Origin: Azolla caroliniana
Lineage: Eukaryota > Plantae > Polypodiophyta
DNA: 64,000 bases
Reading direction: 5' to 3'
Assembly: GCA_043228905.1 (NCBI GenBank)
Contig: JBHGNT010000001.1
Location: 2,418,001-2,482,000 of the forward strand
Shown here: positions 28,101 to 39,855 of the stretch, in pieces
Layout: each line of letters starts with the position of its first letter
Position numbering within the stretch: position 1 is the first letter of the stretch
Translations under genes and position numbers: made by a program
Notes under the pieces: model-generated
What the model saw: the letters and a program-made list of their open reading frames with translations, nothing else
Database searches by the model: none
Told to the model about the DNA's origin: nothing

Positions 28101-29916
28101 AGATGGCTTGTTAGAGAAAGAGATTGGTGTTGGGAATACATTAGTGGACATGTATGCAAAATGTGGTGCATTCGTGAAAGCACAAGAAGTGTTCTCTGAA
28201 CTTCCACTTCAGGACATGGTCTCTTGGAATATTCTGATTGCAGGATATGTGCAACATGGACATATTGAAGAAGCAGTGAAATTCTTTCACAGAATGCAGC
28301 TCAGGGCTCTTTGTCCAGATATTGTTACCTTCCTTTCCATACTCAGGGCTTGTGGCACCATAGGAACCTCACAAAAGGGTCAACTAATACATGCTCAGAT
28401 CCACATGATTAGAGATGAAAATTTAGAAAAGGGTATTTCTGTTGGCAATGCACTTCTGGATATGTACGCCAAATGTGGTGCATTTGCAAACGCACAAGAA
28501 TTGTTTGAAAAACTCCCCGTTCCGACAACCATCTCATGGAATGCATTAATTTCTGGATATGCTCAATATGGACATAATGAAGAAGCACTGGATTGTTTTG
28601 AGAAAATGCAATTAGCAGGGTTTGCTTCAGATGTAGTCACATTTATTTCCATATTAAAGGTGTGTGGTAACCAAGGAGCAATTACAAAGGGTCAAGAGAT
28701 ACATTTGAAGGTAGTTAAACAAGGCCTTTTAGAGGAATTTGACATAATTGGAAACTCAATAGTCGATATGTATGCCAAATGTGGATGGATTATAGAAGCA
28801 CAAGATATGTTTTGGAGGTTACCTAATGTGGACATAGTTTCATGGAATACCCTTATTGCTGGATATGTCCAACATGGGTATGATAGTGAAGCAGTGAGCT
28901 GTTATAAACAGATGTACCTCCGGGGCTTCATTCCAGATGCAATTACATATTTCTATGCGCTAAAAGCCTTCAGTGTAATGGGTATATATGACACTAATCA
29001 CGACATTCATTCTCAAATTATCAAAGACGGATGGTTGCAAAAGGATATATTACTTGGTAGTGTATTAGTTGATATGTATGCCAAATGTGGAAATCTTTCG
29101 AGAGCGAAAGAAATCTTTAACGAACTTCCAACTTGGAATGCAGCCTCATTCAATGCCCTTATTGCTGGTTATGCCCGCCATGGAAATGATGTGGAGGCAT
29201 TGAGTTTTTTCCATGAGATGCAACTTCATGGAATTTTTCCAGATAGTGTTACATATATTTGCATTTTGAAAACCTGTGGAAGCAATGGAATGAACATAAT
29301 AGGTCAAAGAATACATGCTCAGATCACTAAGGAAGGATTACTTGAAGGAAGCAATATTCTAAGCAATGCTGTGATTGATATGTATTCCAAATGTGGCATG
29401 TTAGATGAAGCACAAAATGTGTTTGACAAGTTATATGGTTCGGGCACAGTCTCTTGGAATGTGTTGATTTCAGGGTATGCTCAACTAGGAAGGAATGATG
29501 AAGTCTCCACCTTACTCGACAAATTCTTAAGTCAACATGATGAACCAAACCCAATGACATTTACCATTCTTCTTAATATTTGCAGTCATACAGGTCTACT
29601 ACAGGAGTCCAAGAGGTGTCTAGAGACTATGGTTGCATGCTATGGAATCATACCAACATTAGAGCATTATGGATGTGTAGTTGATCTTTTAGGACGAGCT
29701 GGACGGTTAGATGAGGCTAATGCAGTGATTTCCAAGATGCCATTTATCATTAACCTCAGTGTTTGGAATTCTTTGTTCAGTGCTTGCCAGAAACAGGGGT
29801 GTACAAAACTTGGAAGGTTGATGTTTAGTCACATCGTAGAATTAGACAAAGACCATGCTGCAGCTTATGTTGGTTTGGGAAATATTTATGCAACTGACCT
29901 TGGAAGGGATGTGTGA
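25156..29916 (+). CDS. Very long PLS-class PPR protein with E domain, no DYW
   Basis: 1586-aa intronless ORF with 14 MYAKCG-type S motifs in regular L-S-P triplets, then HYGCVVDLLGRAGRL and WNSLFSAC, ending AYVGLGNIYA. Confidence 0.95.
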   Translation: MKMKNIQKKEEINQIALGGDELKKFLTVNDHQKGKSRVHIFINLLQTCAKRKDIYTGEQIHSDIINKKLLQKSIILGNSLINMYAKCGELARAQEVFDKLPNRDVISWNTLIAGYVQNAWSQKALLFLEQMQHSGLSPNVVTYLSLLKACGKMRDFEKGQEIHAMVSREGLLGNTTLIGNALVDMYAKCGQVGKAQEVFDNLPVQNLVAWNSLIGGYSQRGYGESTFNSFEEMQLCGPSPDGITLVVMLKACSSIGSLEMGQNIHTQIMQGEFLSKDIVVGNALMDMYAKCGQISKAQQVFDILPIQDLVSWNVLISGYAQYGFSETALNCFEQMQVTGLSPNVITYLSTLQACTSIGNLKKGQELHVQINRNSALAKDVSIGNALLDMYAKCDTLAKAQDTFDHLSIHNIISWNTLIVMYSEEGLGEESLDCLEQMQLEGFSPNALTFTFILKACGNMDAAAKGHEIHAKMVKTGFLDENLMVGDTLIEMYVKFRLFCEAQQVFDMLTHRDIVSWNTLLAGYNLHGHGIEVLKVIQKILIDGLSPDVVTFVLLSKICGTTGSIFQGHDVHFHTVRAGELEKDSLVGNALVDMYAKFHMLAEAQEMFDRLTVHGVTSCNALIAEYLQHGHGNEALDCYERMQLGGSFPDTFTLFYSVRACSIVQISSKGNEIYSTIIKKGLIENGEDFGTALVDMYAKCGDFDAAEEVLLRFSGENVATWNALIRGCNERGNYNKALGSFDQMQVLGLSPDSLTFISALKACGNIGSLKKSKLVHDVITKESFEKDMLISNAIVHMYAKCGALATAQEVFDNISFPDLVAWNTLLGGYVQHGYAKEVLHCFQQMQLCSISPNATSFICCLKACGSGRIAFKGKQAHAITSTWPIGTDVTSCSTLVNMYAKCGHFREAQEMLDQLSVKDLVSWTMLIAGYAENGHGEEALTCFGQMQQEGILPDVVSFICTLKACTIIESLGKGKKIHCQVKIDGLLEKEIGVGNTLVDMYAKCGAFVKAQEVFSELPLQDMVSWNILIAGYVQHGHIEEAVKFFHRMQLRALCPDIVTFLSILRACGTIGTSQKGQLIHAQIHMIRDENLEKGISVGNALLDMYAKCGAFANAQELFEKLPVPTTISWNALISGYAQYGHNEEALDCFEKMQLAGFASDVVTFISILKVCGNQGAITKGQEIHLKVVKQGLLEEFDIIGNSIVDMYAKCGWIIEAQDMFWRLPNVDIVSWNTLIAGYVQHGYDSEAVSCYKQMYLRGFIPDAITYFYALKAFSVMGIYDTNHDIHSQIIKDGWLQKDILLGSVLVDMYAKCGNLSRAKEIFNELPTWNAASFNALIAGYARHGNDVEALSFFHEMQLHGIFPDSVTYICILKTCGSNGMNIIGQRIHAQITKEGLLEGSNILSNAVIDMYSKCGMLDEAQNVFDKLYGSGTVSWNVLISGYAQLGRNDEVSTLLDKFLSQHDEPNPMTFTILLNICSHTGLLQESKRCLETMVACYGIIPTLEHYGCVVDLLGRAGRLDEANAVISKMPFIINLSVWNSLFSACQKQGCTKLGRLMFSHIVELDKDHAAAYVGLGNIYATDLGRDV

Positions 29917-30929
29917 TCTCCCTCATTCAACTGTCAAGACCACTGGACAGGTTTCAACCGTCTTACCAATAATGCACTTCACAGCTTATAGACAAATATA
30001 ATCTCAAATCACAGAAAGTGGATGCTTTCATAAATTTTCTAACAGTCCCTACTATTTAAATCCCAGATCTAATGTTGTGTGATGCCCATAAAATTGTACA
30101 AGACATGAGGACATATTACTCTGGTATGTTTCACATGTTGATGGAAAATGTTCACATACGGTCTTTTGGGTAGCAAAAAAAGAACCTCCTATCTCCCAGT
30201 TATGTGCTCTCTCTACCTTCTTGGTGTTCATATAATGGCAGCAATTGTATAAAATTTCCAACCAACGAATATACTGGTCTGTTTGATTTGCTTTCTTGAG
30301 ATTTAAGGCATTGTCAAAATACTCCCAACCATTTTTTTCCTCACAACCAGAACGCCTGGTAATTAATGCTTTCATCATACATTATTCTGTTATTTGAAAG
30401 TTTTCTATATGTGCATATAATCATTTATATGAATGCTATATGTTTCCCCCATTGGTTGGCAAATAGGTTGTAACATAAAAAGTAACCAACCGACAGAGAA
30501 TCGAAGCTGGCTCTGGTTTACAGCCAGATGAATGAATCACCAGGACCTTGAATGAGAGTTGGACTACTGGGGAGAGTGAGGAGTCATCAGGAGGTAACAT
30601 TTACTACATACTATAGGTTTCTCTCATTTGTTGGCGAATCTATGTACATGTATATGGTGTTGAGGGCTTTCAGAGTATTCAACTGAAATGTGGGTACCTC
30701 GAAAATTTGGGTTGGATCTACGAGCTACACCTAAGTTTGGAACAAAAACTTCAATATGCTTTCATAATTTTGTTTATGCCTTCGTGGACACTGAAAAAGT
30801 TTTTCCTGATCCAAGATTTTGCAGTCATTGAACAAAATAGATTTAACACAGAAAAGGAGTAGCTCAAACCAAAGACTTCAAAAGAGGATAAGCCTAAACT
30901 GACAAAAAAAGGGTTATAGTTCATTTAGT

Positions 30930-31353
30930 ACAACCATAGGGTATTTGAACTTCACAATTCTAAGCTTCCAATAAACAAATGTACTGCAATTTACTAATTT
31001 GATCACAAACTGAATAAAGCCTTAGATTTCAAATCTCTAAAAGTGTGCAATCCTCAAATAATCTGTGAACTAAAACATTTACACAACTGTGGACTCAATT
31101 AGCAATTCATGCATAGCTGCACGCAAAAGTAAATTTCTATTACAACCGTAAGGTATTTGAACTTCACAACTAAGTTTCCAATAAACATATGTGCTTCAAT
31201 TTACTAATTTGACCACAAACTGAATAAAGCCTTAGATTTCAAATCTCTAAAAGTGTACAATGCTCAAATAATCTGTGAACTAAAACGTTTACAGAACTGT
31301 GGACTCACTGGCAATTCATGCATAGCTGTTAGCAAAGGTAAACTTCTATTACA
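30930..31353. repeat. Diverged tandem duplication of about 212 bp
   Basis: ggtatttgaacttcacaa...gcaattcatgcatagctg...ttctattaca occurs twice. Confidence 0.85.
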
Positions 31354-31518
31354 TCAAGGATAAACTAATTTTGTATGTTCCAGCATATGGCTTCAAAAAT
31401 CTGAGTGGTTAATAAATCTCACGGAAAGAAAATGGATATTTCAGCAATTATGTAGTGAAATTAGACGTAAAACAAATATTGACACAATAAATATTTGTAA
31501 ATTCACAAAACTACACAC

Positions 31519-32397
31519 CTAAATGCAAGGGCATAATCGACGTGTGTATATGTTGGAACCGTCACAAGAAAGAGCATCTTCTTGAATGGTTACAAGGCAG
31601 GCGCCAGGATGCTGCATTAGCAAACAGTCTACCCTTAACAATGATAATAAAACAGGAATATCCTTTTAGGTAAGGGCCAAACAGCAATCAAAACAAAGCT
31701 GGCATCAATGAGAAGGGAAACAACAACCAACAACAATCAAAACAAAGCATGTAAGATCAGAACGAAAACAACAATTTCGTCTCACTTCAAACATTGTAAA
31801 AACCATATGGATCTTTCCTACAATGAGAAGCAATACATTCTTTAAGTATAAAACAAATATTAGTATAAATGCAGTACAAGTGCCAAAGAAATATTAAAAA
31901 AGCCTGGTAACAATTAGAACGGAGACAACAATTTCACTACATTAATCTCAGCATCAATCTCACTTATAGGCAGGAATTCTGAAATATGTAGACTCCTAGA
32001 CCTGGTAGTTCTGATTGGGTCCAATTTCTCTACGGTGTCGTGGAGGATTCCAGCCACTAGGAGAAAGACCCATGGGATGCGTGTGAACAAGGGTGTGCAC
32101 GTATGCACATGAACTAGGTCTTATGTATAAACCATTGTAAATAGCGAAGTATTGATAGGTACAAGACAAGATAGCTTTATTAGTACTTATGGGCCCTCGA
32201 AAAGAGGGAAAGAATAATAGGACGTAATGGGAGGAATTTAAGAGGATAAAGGGGAATCTGTGAAAACGGCTGAAAGGAGCGGGGGGGGGGGATCAGTCGT
32301 TTCAGAGGGGAAGGTGCTGTCGGATTGTGTCGTCGAGTGCTTATTCGGTTTGTGTGTGTGTGTGTGTGTGTAGTGTGTTAGTGTGTGTTAGTATGTA

Positions 32398-32432
<35 letters not shown>

Positions 32433-32572
32433 AGCTCGAAGCTCTGTTTCCGGCCTAAGGCCAACCTTGGCCTTGTATTCTTTCTCAGTATTTAATCGAT
32501 TTCATCGATTTGTATTCTTTCTCAGTATTTAATCTTGGCATTGCTGTATCCGGTATTCGTTGTTGATCTAGA

Positions 32573-32623
<51 letters not shown>

Positions 32624-35600
32624 AGCTCGAAGCTCTGTTTCCGGCCTAAGGCCAACCTTGGCCTTGTATTCTTTCTCAGTATTTAATCGATTTCATCGAT
32701 TTGTATTCTTTCTCAGTATTTAATCTTGGCATTGCTGTATCCGGTGTTCGTTGTTGATCTACCCTTTTGTGTGTGTGTGTGTGGAGCTCGAAGCTCTGTT
32801 TCCGGCCAAAGGCCAACCTTGGCCTTGTATTCTTTCTCAGTATTTAATCGATTTGTATTCTTTCTCAGTATTTAATCTTGGCATTGCTGTATCCGGTGTT
32901 CGTTGTTGATCTACCCTTTTGTGTGTGTGTGTGTGGAGCTCGAAGCTCTGTTTCCGGCCAAAGGCCAACCTTGGCCTTGTATTCTTTCTCAGTATTTAAT
33001 CGATTTGTATTCTTTCTCAGTATTTAATCTTGGCATTGCTGTATCCGGTGTTCGTTGTTGATCTACCCTTTTGTGTGTGTGTGTGTGGAGCTCGAAGCTC
33101 TGTTTCCGGCCTAAGGCCAACCTTGGCCTTGTATTCTTTCTCAGTATTTAATCTTGGCATTGCTGTATCCGGTGTTCATTGTTGATCTACCCTTTTGTGT
33201 TAATAATCGACTCTCTGACTTCTGTAACCAGAGAGGTTTCGCTTCCTCTCTCCTCTGTTCTGCGCTTTCCTGCTTGTTCCTGCGAGCCCATGAGCTCAAC
33301 TTCCGGGATCCGGTGAGAGAGCCGGATTGGAGATGGTCGGTCCTACAAGCCCAGCTGCTGCTCATTCTTGAGCTCCCTATTCCGAGACCCCAGTGGTTCC
33401 TCCCAAGCCGACCCGCAAGCCGCGGATATCCGTGACAACGGGGGAAACAACTTTGGGAGGGCTAGAAAGGATTTGGCAACAAAATCATATTGGTTGTTTA
33501 TGAGATCTGCAAAGGTTGACAGGCTGAGAGAGAAGTTGCAAGTTCGAGCTTTGTTTGCAAAGCCTACAGGGTTTAAAGCTTTGATGAGCTTAATGAAGTC
33601 CAACTTAAGAACCAATGAGGTCTGTTTTCCCCTACACCCTGAAGAGGAAAGGAGAATCTCAAGCCATAAGTGATTTTGCTGAAGAATCTCATCTACTAGG
33701 AATGGAGAATCATCATACAAGCAAGTGGTCATAGAAGTGGTTTTCCATCTTGATAAGATATTCCTAGGTGCTTTAAAAGATAATATACTGTCATGATTTT
33801 CTATTAACGAAGGATATCTTTTGATGTCTAGAATATTAAAGAAGAGAAACAGATATATTTGTATATGATAAGCAGCACCAAAAGAAAATTTCTACCATGT
33901 TTGGCATTCAATACTATTTTTGTTTTCAGCACGACATTTTACAATTTAATGGAATAAATTTCATTGGACACAATGTATTACCATGGAAGAGAGACCTACC
34001 ATATGTCTTGGAGCAGATAGAGAGATCTCAGAAGGCTGATCATTACCAGTGACACACTCACCCCTACAGTTGAAGTATTTTTGTAGTCTGTCCAGAAAAA
34101 AGAAAGAAGAACAATTCAGAATTATTCATTGATGTTGTGCAGAAAAGAAGTAGAGTAATACTTTCTTATCATCCATTGATATTTTAACAAAAACTATTAA
34201 TTGCTTATGATCCATTGATGTTCAAAAAAAACGTTAACACTTGCTTATCATCCATTAATCTTTAACAAAAAGTATTCATCATTCATGTTGGTGGGAAAAA
34301 ACATCATCCATTGGTGTTCCCTAATATAAAAGCTCCTCATATTGATACGCTTGACTATATTTCCAAAACACATATGACACATACATGGAGCATTTGTTGA
34401 TGGCTGGCAATTTTTTTGATTGGCATATTTGTCTGTTCAGTTTGCACGCCATCTCACAGGACTGACCTCGCCTTGCAAGTACTATTGATAAGTTGTCCAA
34501 CTCATTTTCATGAATCGTTCCTGGGTCCAGGGCTGCAATTCATACATCCTCTCTTTTCATATCTGTTTAATTTTTCACGAAAGTCAGAAGAACATTTGAA
34601 ACTGCACATACTCGATGAATTTATAGGTAACGTGAAACAGTGGTGATCTTCTGTTGCATAGGCATTTTCATGGACCTGATAAAATTTTGATAATAAACGA
34701 TCCACTTAAATTTGTATATTCACTAAATGACTGCATAAAGCTACATCCCCATAGATCATGGAGAGAGGGGAGGAATAATAAGGTCAAGTTGATTTTGTCA
34801 TACTTCTTAATGTGATATTATTAATCTTATAACAAATATCGAACAAGCCCATGTAATGTGATATGACAAATTTTATAATAGATATAAATCAAGTTAGACT
34901 TTTTCTCATAGCTTTATTTACTTTTAGACACATGAATTTACTTTTGTTGACTGATAAAAGGTTGAGCTAACATCTCCATTCATAATTACAAAGTTTTGTA
35001 TATCATTGTCCTTCGAAGCTCTTCCAGAGATATGAAAACTGAGAGTTCCATTACATGAATAAAACAAACAGTATTATTTTTATAATTCCCCTTATTATTT
35101 ACACAAAATTACATGAGTAAAACAAACAGTATTATTTTTATAATTCCCCTTATTATTTACGAAAATTGCATGCATGTAAATTGATGCGCTTGTAAATGAG
35201 CTATTCTAGACCTTGAGGAATTCATAGACTCTAAAGGCTTAAAATCGGAACCAAATTACATTTATAGAAAATTATTGTCCATAGGGAGATAAATGTTTCT
35301 GATAGTGTAAATGGTGAGGGGCATTTTGAGTGTATTCATTTATTTAGATCTAAGTATAGTTTGTTCTAAGGTGGGCTCGTAAACATTAAGATAATATGAA
35401 GATCGAAGTATGATGGGCACAGAGAGGCATTTCATGTGCATACATTTACTGATATCAGAATAACAATTTTCTTCTTTAATGCATCTTAGAGATACTTCTA
35501 GATATAGCAATGCTTAAAATGTCTGATCACAAGTATTAGATGCATCATACCACACTCCTTGAATCATGACGACATCTGCCCAAGCAGAAACCAAAGGTAT

Positions 35601-37870
35601 CCTTGTAGGTACCTGAACAAAATCCTCATAGTAAATAGAAAATATATATCATTGAATACATCATTGGTCAACAAAAATTACCAGCAGATGCATGCTGCGC
35701 AGTTTTCACTTTGATTGCTAACTCATTTGAAGTCTGGAATACCATGCATATTACATTTATTAGCTTCATAAATAAAGAGATTGCAATTAAGAAATTCAGA
35801 TATACCTGGTTTGGATTCAAGCAGCATGTTACACAATATTCAAAAGAGTTGCAGCACCTTGAAGTTAAGTTGCACCCACTACAAAACAGGTGTAAATTAA
35901 GCTGAATTGATGTAGGTATTGAGAAAGTGAGAAAGAGAGCAAGGTGAAGAATATATTATCATCTACTCAAGGCCAAATTTAGCCAATGAGACAATTCATG
36001 CTTATGAATATGAATAGCTTTAGACTATCTATCATGAGAAATTAAAAGCTGTAGGTTTCCCAAGCATCAATGATAATAAACTTAATCCATGAGGTAGCTT
36101 TACAATTGGGCACACAATAATGATAAACGAGAGAGAGAGAGAGAGATGAGATCAAAAGGAAGTCATATTAAATCCAAGGAATGCCTTTCATTAAATCCAG
36201 GGAATGCTTTGAAAGGCAAGGTCAGATGTGACTAAGTTTATTCAAATCAATACAATAGTGCAAATAGGCACATCTGAACATTAATAAGAAACTAAGGTTT
36301 CAAATAACTAGAGTTCAGGTCTGACACAATAACAATGAATAACGAACATCAAATGCTAAATAATTAGAGATATGGCCTGAAATATACCAGTTCTACAAAT
36401 GTCACTAAATTTTCTTTATTCCCTTTATATACCCTTAGTCAAACCCCGAAAGAGCAGTTGTATGTTTTCTCTCTTTCTGGGTTGACCAAGGGTTCGGATA
36501 AATTGCAGAAACATAGGCATTTGGCGAGTCAAAGAATAAATAAAAAAATGTATTTTGTTTCAGTACTTCAATTTTGACAAGCTCATAAAATTTCCAAAAT
36601 AAATAATCGGTCCTTTTTACATGTTAACAATATTTCTTACAGGCATTGGAAAGGCTCTTGGACTCTCGGACAGCAACCACTTGATCCATCCAATTCTTGA
36701 ACACCACAAATATATCCTGCACAAATTACCATCCCAGTGACATAAAATGAAAAACGAAATATATATTCAACTGTAAATGCTAGCAAATATGCATGATATA
36801 TGGGCATCAAATCATGATTAGTAAAGAGAAATAACTGATTCGATCATGAAATATCCAGACACCATGTCAGTGACAAAGAAAGAAAAACAAAAACTGTCAA
36901 AATAACTTTGAGCTAAGAGAAAGAACTAATTATGTCCATCATCTGATGTATGGTAAATTGAAAGAAAATATACCCTTATTATCTGAATCTATGCTATATA
37001 AGAATTACTCAAAACAAAGAGAAAGAACAGATTTTAAATAGAATCTGATCTAAAACAGGAAGCCATATCAACATAAATTTAAAACAAAGTTTAACAGTTC
37101 TATATGATAACATTTCATTGGTAAAACCAAAAGAATAATCCGATATAATTCATTGAAGGATATTGACTCACCGTTCTCATCTGCGAGTAAGGATCTTCCT
37201 TGAACTGTATTTCGGCATGACCAAATTGTTTGGTTTGTCTGCCTATACACGCTTAAAAAAAAATAGTGAATGACACAAAATGAGATTAAGAAGAAGAGAT
37301 TCAAAACATGCAAAACTTATAAAGCAGAAGATAAAGAAATGGCAATACAATGTGTGACTAAGAAGAGAAACGAAAGATTAACAGAAGCAGAAGAACATAC
37401 AACAAGACACAAAAAACCTAATAATGTCAAAAAGGATGGAATGAAAATTTCAGTGAAGGAGAGGATCATACAAAAAGAAATGGTAACAGATAATGAGATT
37501 AACAAACAAAAGCAAATGGAAAACGAAGACGAGAATAAGAAATAAAAGCCAGAAAAGGACGAAATGAAAAAGAAGAAGATATAACAAGAAACAAAAACGT
37601 GAAATCCTGCAGAATTTTAAGAAAGATCAAACAACAGGAAAAGAAAAAGAAAAAGACATGGAAACTTGGAGGGAGCTGAAAAGAATATGAGATCAAGAAG
37701 GAGTTGTTCTAGAAGAAGAAAAATCCTGAAAAATCTTAAATACAAAAAAGACGATGAGATAAAGAAGGAAGGAAAAGACGATGGAGAACTTACGGATCTT
37801 GAGATCCCGCAGAGACGATGAGAGGCAGCGAATAGAAAAAGAAGAGGAAGGAAAGAGTCGTCATCGCCAT
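31519..37870 (-). CDS. SREBP-regulating gene protein / SPRING1 (C12orf49, UPF0454)-like Cys-rich secretory protein
   Basis: About 10 GT-AG exons (37870-37794, 37242-37172, ~36716-36641, ~35879-35806, ~35735-35682, ~35612-35551, ~34675-34612, ~34550-34386, ~34087-34000, 31611-31519). Protein: signal-like MAMTTLSFLFFFYSLPLIVSA, CRNTVQGRSLLADENGYIC, GCC, GCNLTSRCCNSFEYCVTCCLNP, FCLGRCRHDSRSVVHENAY, GQSCEMAC, LSCDGSNIYTRRLCPCI*. Confidence 0.88.
32036..33437 (+). mobile_element. Solo LTR with internal tandem array, in the last intron of the SPRING1-like gene
   Basis: Termini TGTCGTGGA...TCCGTGACA, with a 4-bp TSD ACGG at 32032-32035 and 33438-33441. Confidence 0.75.
32400..33200. repeat. Five-copy tandem array of 150-190-bp units, each starting with a (GT)n tract
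   Basis: ggagctcgaagctctgtttccggcc begins at about 32431, 32622, 32783, 32935 and 33086. Confidence 0.93.
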
Positions 37871-39391
37871 CTTTCATCGAGAGACAGGCATGAGGAATGG
37901 ACCGAGAATTCTCAGAGGATTTCCAAATTTTCCAAAATGCATCTTTTTCTGTGTGTGTGTTTGTGTATGTTACAAGTGTTTCAACTTTCAAGCATAAGAT
38001 GAAGGCCAAGGTGAGGACCACGGCAAAGGTCAAGGTCAAGGTCAAGGTCATGGACTAAATCCTCGACACTTCCACAAAACCGTAAAGAAAAACCCACACA
38101 CAAGCATCTATAATGGAACATCGGTGTATTGAACTAACAAAACCTCACAACCATCTATAACAAAACATTGGGGTATCGAACTTAGAAACCTCCAAAACCA
38201 TCTATAAATGAGACATCTGCATATTGAACTAACAACCTCGTGATCTCCCATTAGCTTCAAAAACTTGAAAGTTGAGCTTCAGTGTCCTCTGCCACCTACT
38301 GATTGATTTTTTGTTGCCAACAAAGTCTTGATAGTGTGTCTTTGAGATGTTGAAGGTGGCACCAAATCAGCCAATCCACTTTTGCATTGTCGAATGCCAT
38401 AGGCACCCAACTACCATGTGTCCCACGTCCTTCTAAGTTGACTCAAGTCCTAGGATATTTATGAGTTTCCATCTTGTCCTGACTCCTACTCTTAAATCCA
38501 TTAAAATAAGTTGTTTAACCTTTGCTCTTGAAGGATATGCCCATCGTAATATATTGAGACTTCGAATCCTCAATCTTCCTCCACAAACCCCCCCACAACT
38601 TCTCTAAGTTGCACATCCACATCCCGCCTATAAGGCATAACTAAAGACTAGTGTAACACTTTTTGGGGTCTCATAGGTCATATTTTTGGTTAAATATCGT
38701 CATCATTTCCCTCGCCTATTGGCTAGGCTCTAAATTATAGATTGCAATTAGTTTCCCCTAGATGTCTAAAATATATCTATCTCATATTAAGGTTGTGGCT
38801 CAATGTACATCCTAACCTATACACCAATGTTCAAATCTCACTATTGCGCTAAATTAGCCACTTCAGAATATAGAGGTTTGAAAGCATGATCAACCTTTAT
38901 AGATTGCATTAAATTCGTTTTGTCTTTGTGAATATTGCCCTCAATTGCAAACAACACTTGTTAGTAAAGTTCATGATCATCATCAAGATTTCACTTGTCA
39001 CTCACCAACAAAATAAAATGTTTTATTGATGCATTTCATTTGACAATCCATTGATCCCCTCTTCTTAATTTTGTACTAATGTACATTCAACTTCATTTTT
39101 CCACTTGAGGATGGTTTTTTATGTTAACGATGACAAAAGAGAATGCAATATGAATGAGTATCTAAATACCACATAAAACGTAAGCTTCATTGAATCACAT
39201 GACAATGAGAACTCTTTTGTGAAAGTTCACAAAAGTTCATGTGTTCAAATCACTTAATATCTTTTGTTAGAGTTCCCAAGAAACATGTAGTGTGAAGTGA
39301 GTGTATAGATACCATATCCCATAACAATGTTAACTTTTTCCTGAGATCACCATGTAGACTAGAATGGTAGTATAGATATTATACCATGTAA

Positions 39392-39483
39392 CAATGCAGT
39401 CTTCAATCAATGCAGCCTTAAAGAGATCATGTCCTTGACAAACCATGATCTCTTTAAGGCTGCATTGATTGAAGACTGCATTG
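39392..39483. repeat. Perfect 40-bp inverted repeat with 12-nt loop
   Basis: 39392-39431 (caatgcagtcttcaatcaatgcagccttaaagagatcatg) is the exact reverse complement of 39444-39483. Confidence 0.95.
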
Positions 39484-39855
39484 ATTGAAGACTGCATTGA
39501 TTAAACCATGTCCTTCAATCAAGGGACTGCTATGCTATCGGCATACCTTGATCACTTACACAATAAGTTTGTCAATTACAAAAATTTCATTTTTGCTTTA
39601 AGTTCTTTTAAGCACCATTTTAATGCATTTCCTATACTCACAATGGTCATTGATGTAAAAGCTCCAAAAAGCACATATCATCTCGAGCGTGAATGGGTTC
39701 ATAATCATTGGAGACAAACGCTGTATGATTGTATAAGGTACACTATTTTCAATTTTACTTTCTGAACGTGATAGTCCACCATGTTATCTTCAACAACATT
39801 TTGTTGGTCTTGCACCTAATTAGAAGGTGAAAGTTTCACACAATTCTTTTACCCA

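Noticed and set aside
25503-29560. Antisense and alternate-frame ORFs over the large PPR
   Set aside because: Shadow ORFs of a repetitive coding sequence.
30052-30378. 108-aa minus-strand ORF between convergent genes
   Set aside because: No recognisable motifs and it lies in 3'-UTR territory.
32400-33200. Repeat-spacer-like array resembling CRISPR
   Set aside because: The spacers are just (GT)n tracts, units are 150-190 bp, there are no cas genes, and the context is a eukaryotic LTR.
37617-38051. 144-aa ORF as the first exon of the SPRING1-like gene
   Set aside because: Wrong frame. Only the ATG at 37870 gives a signal peptide and splices in phase to exon 2.
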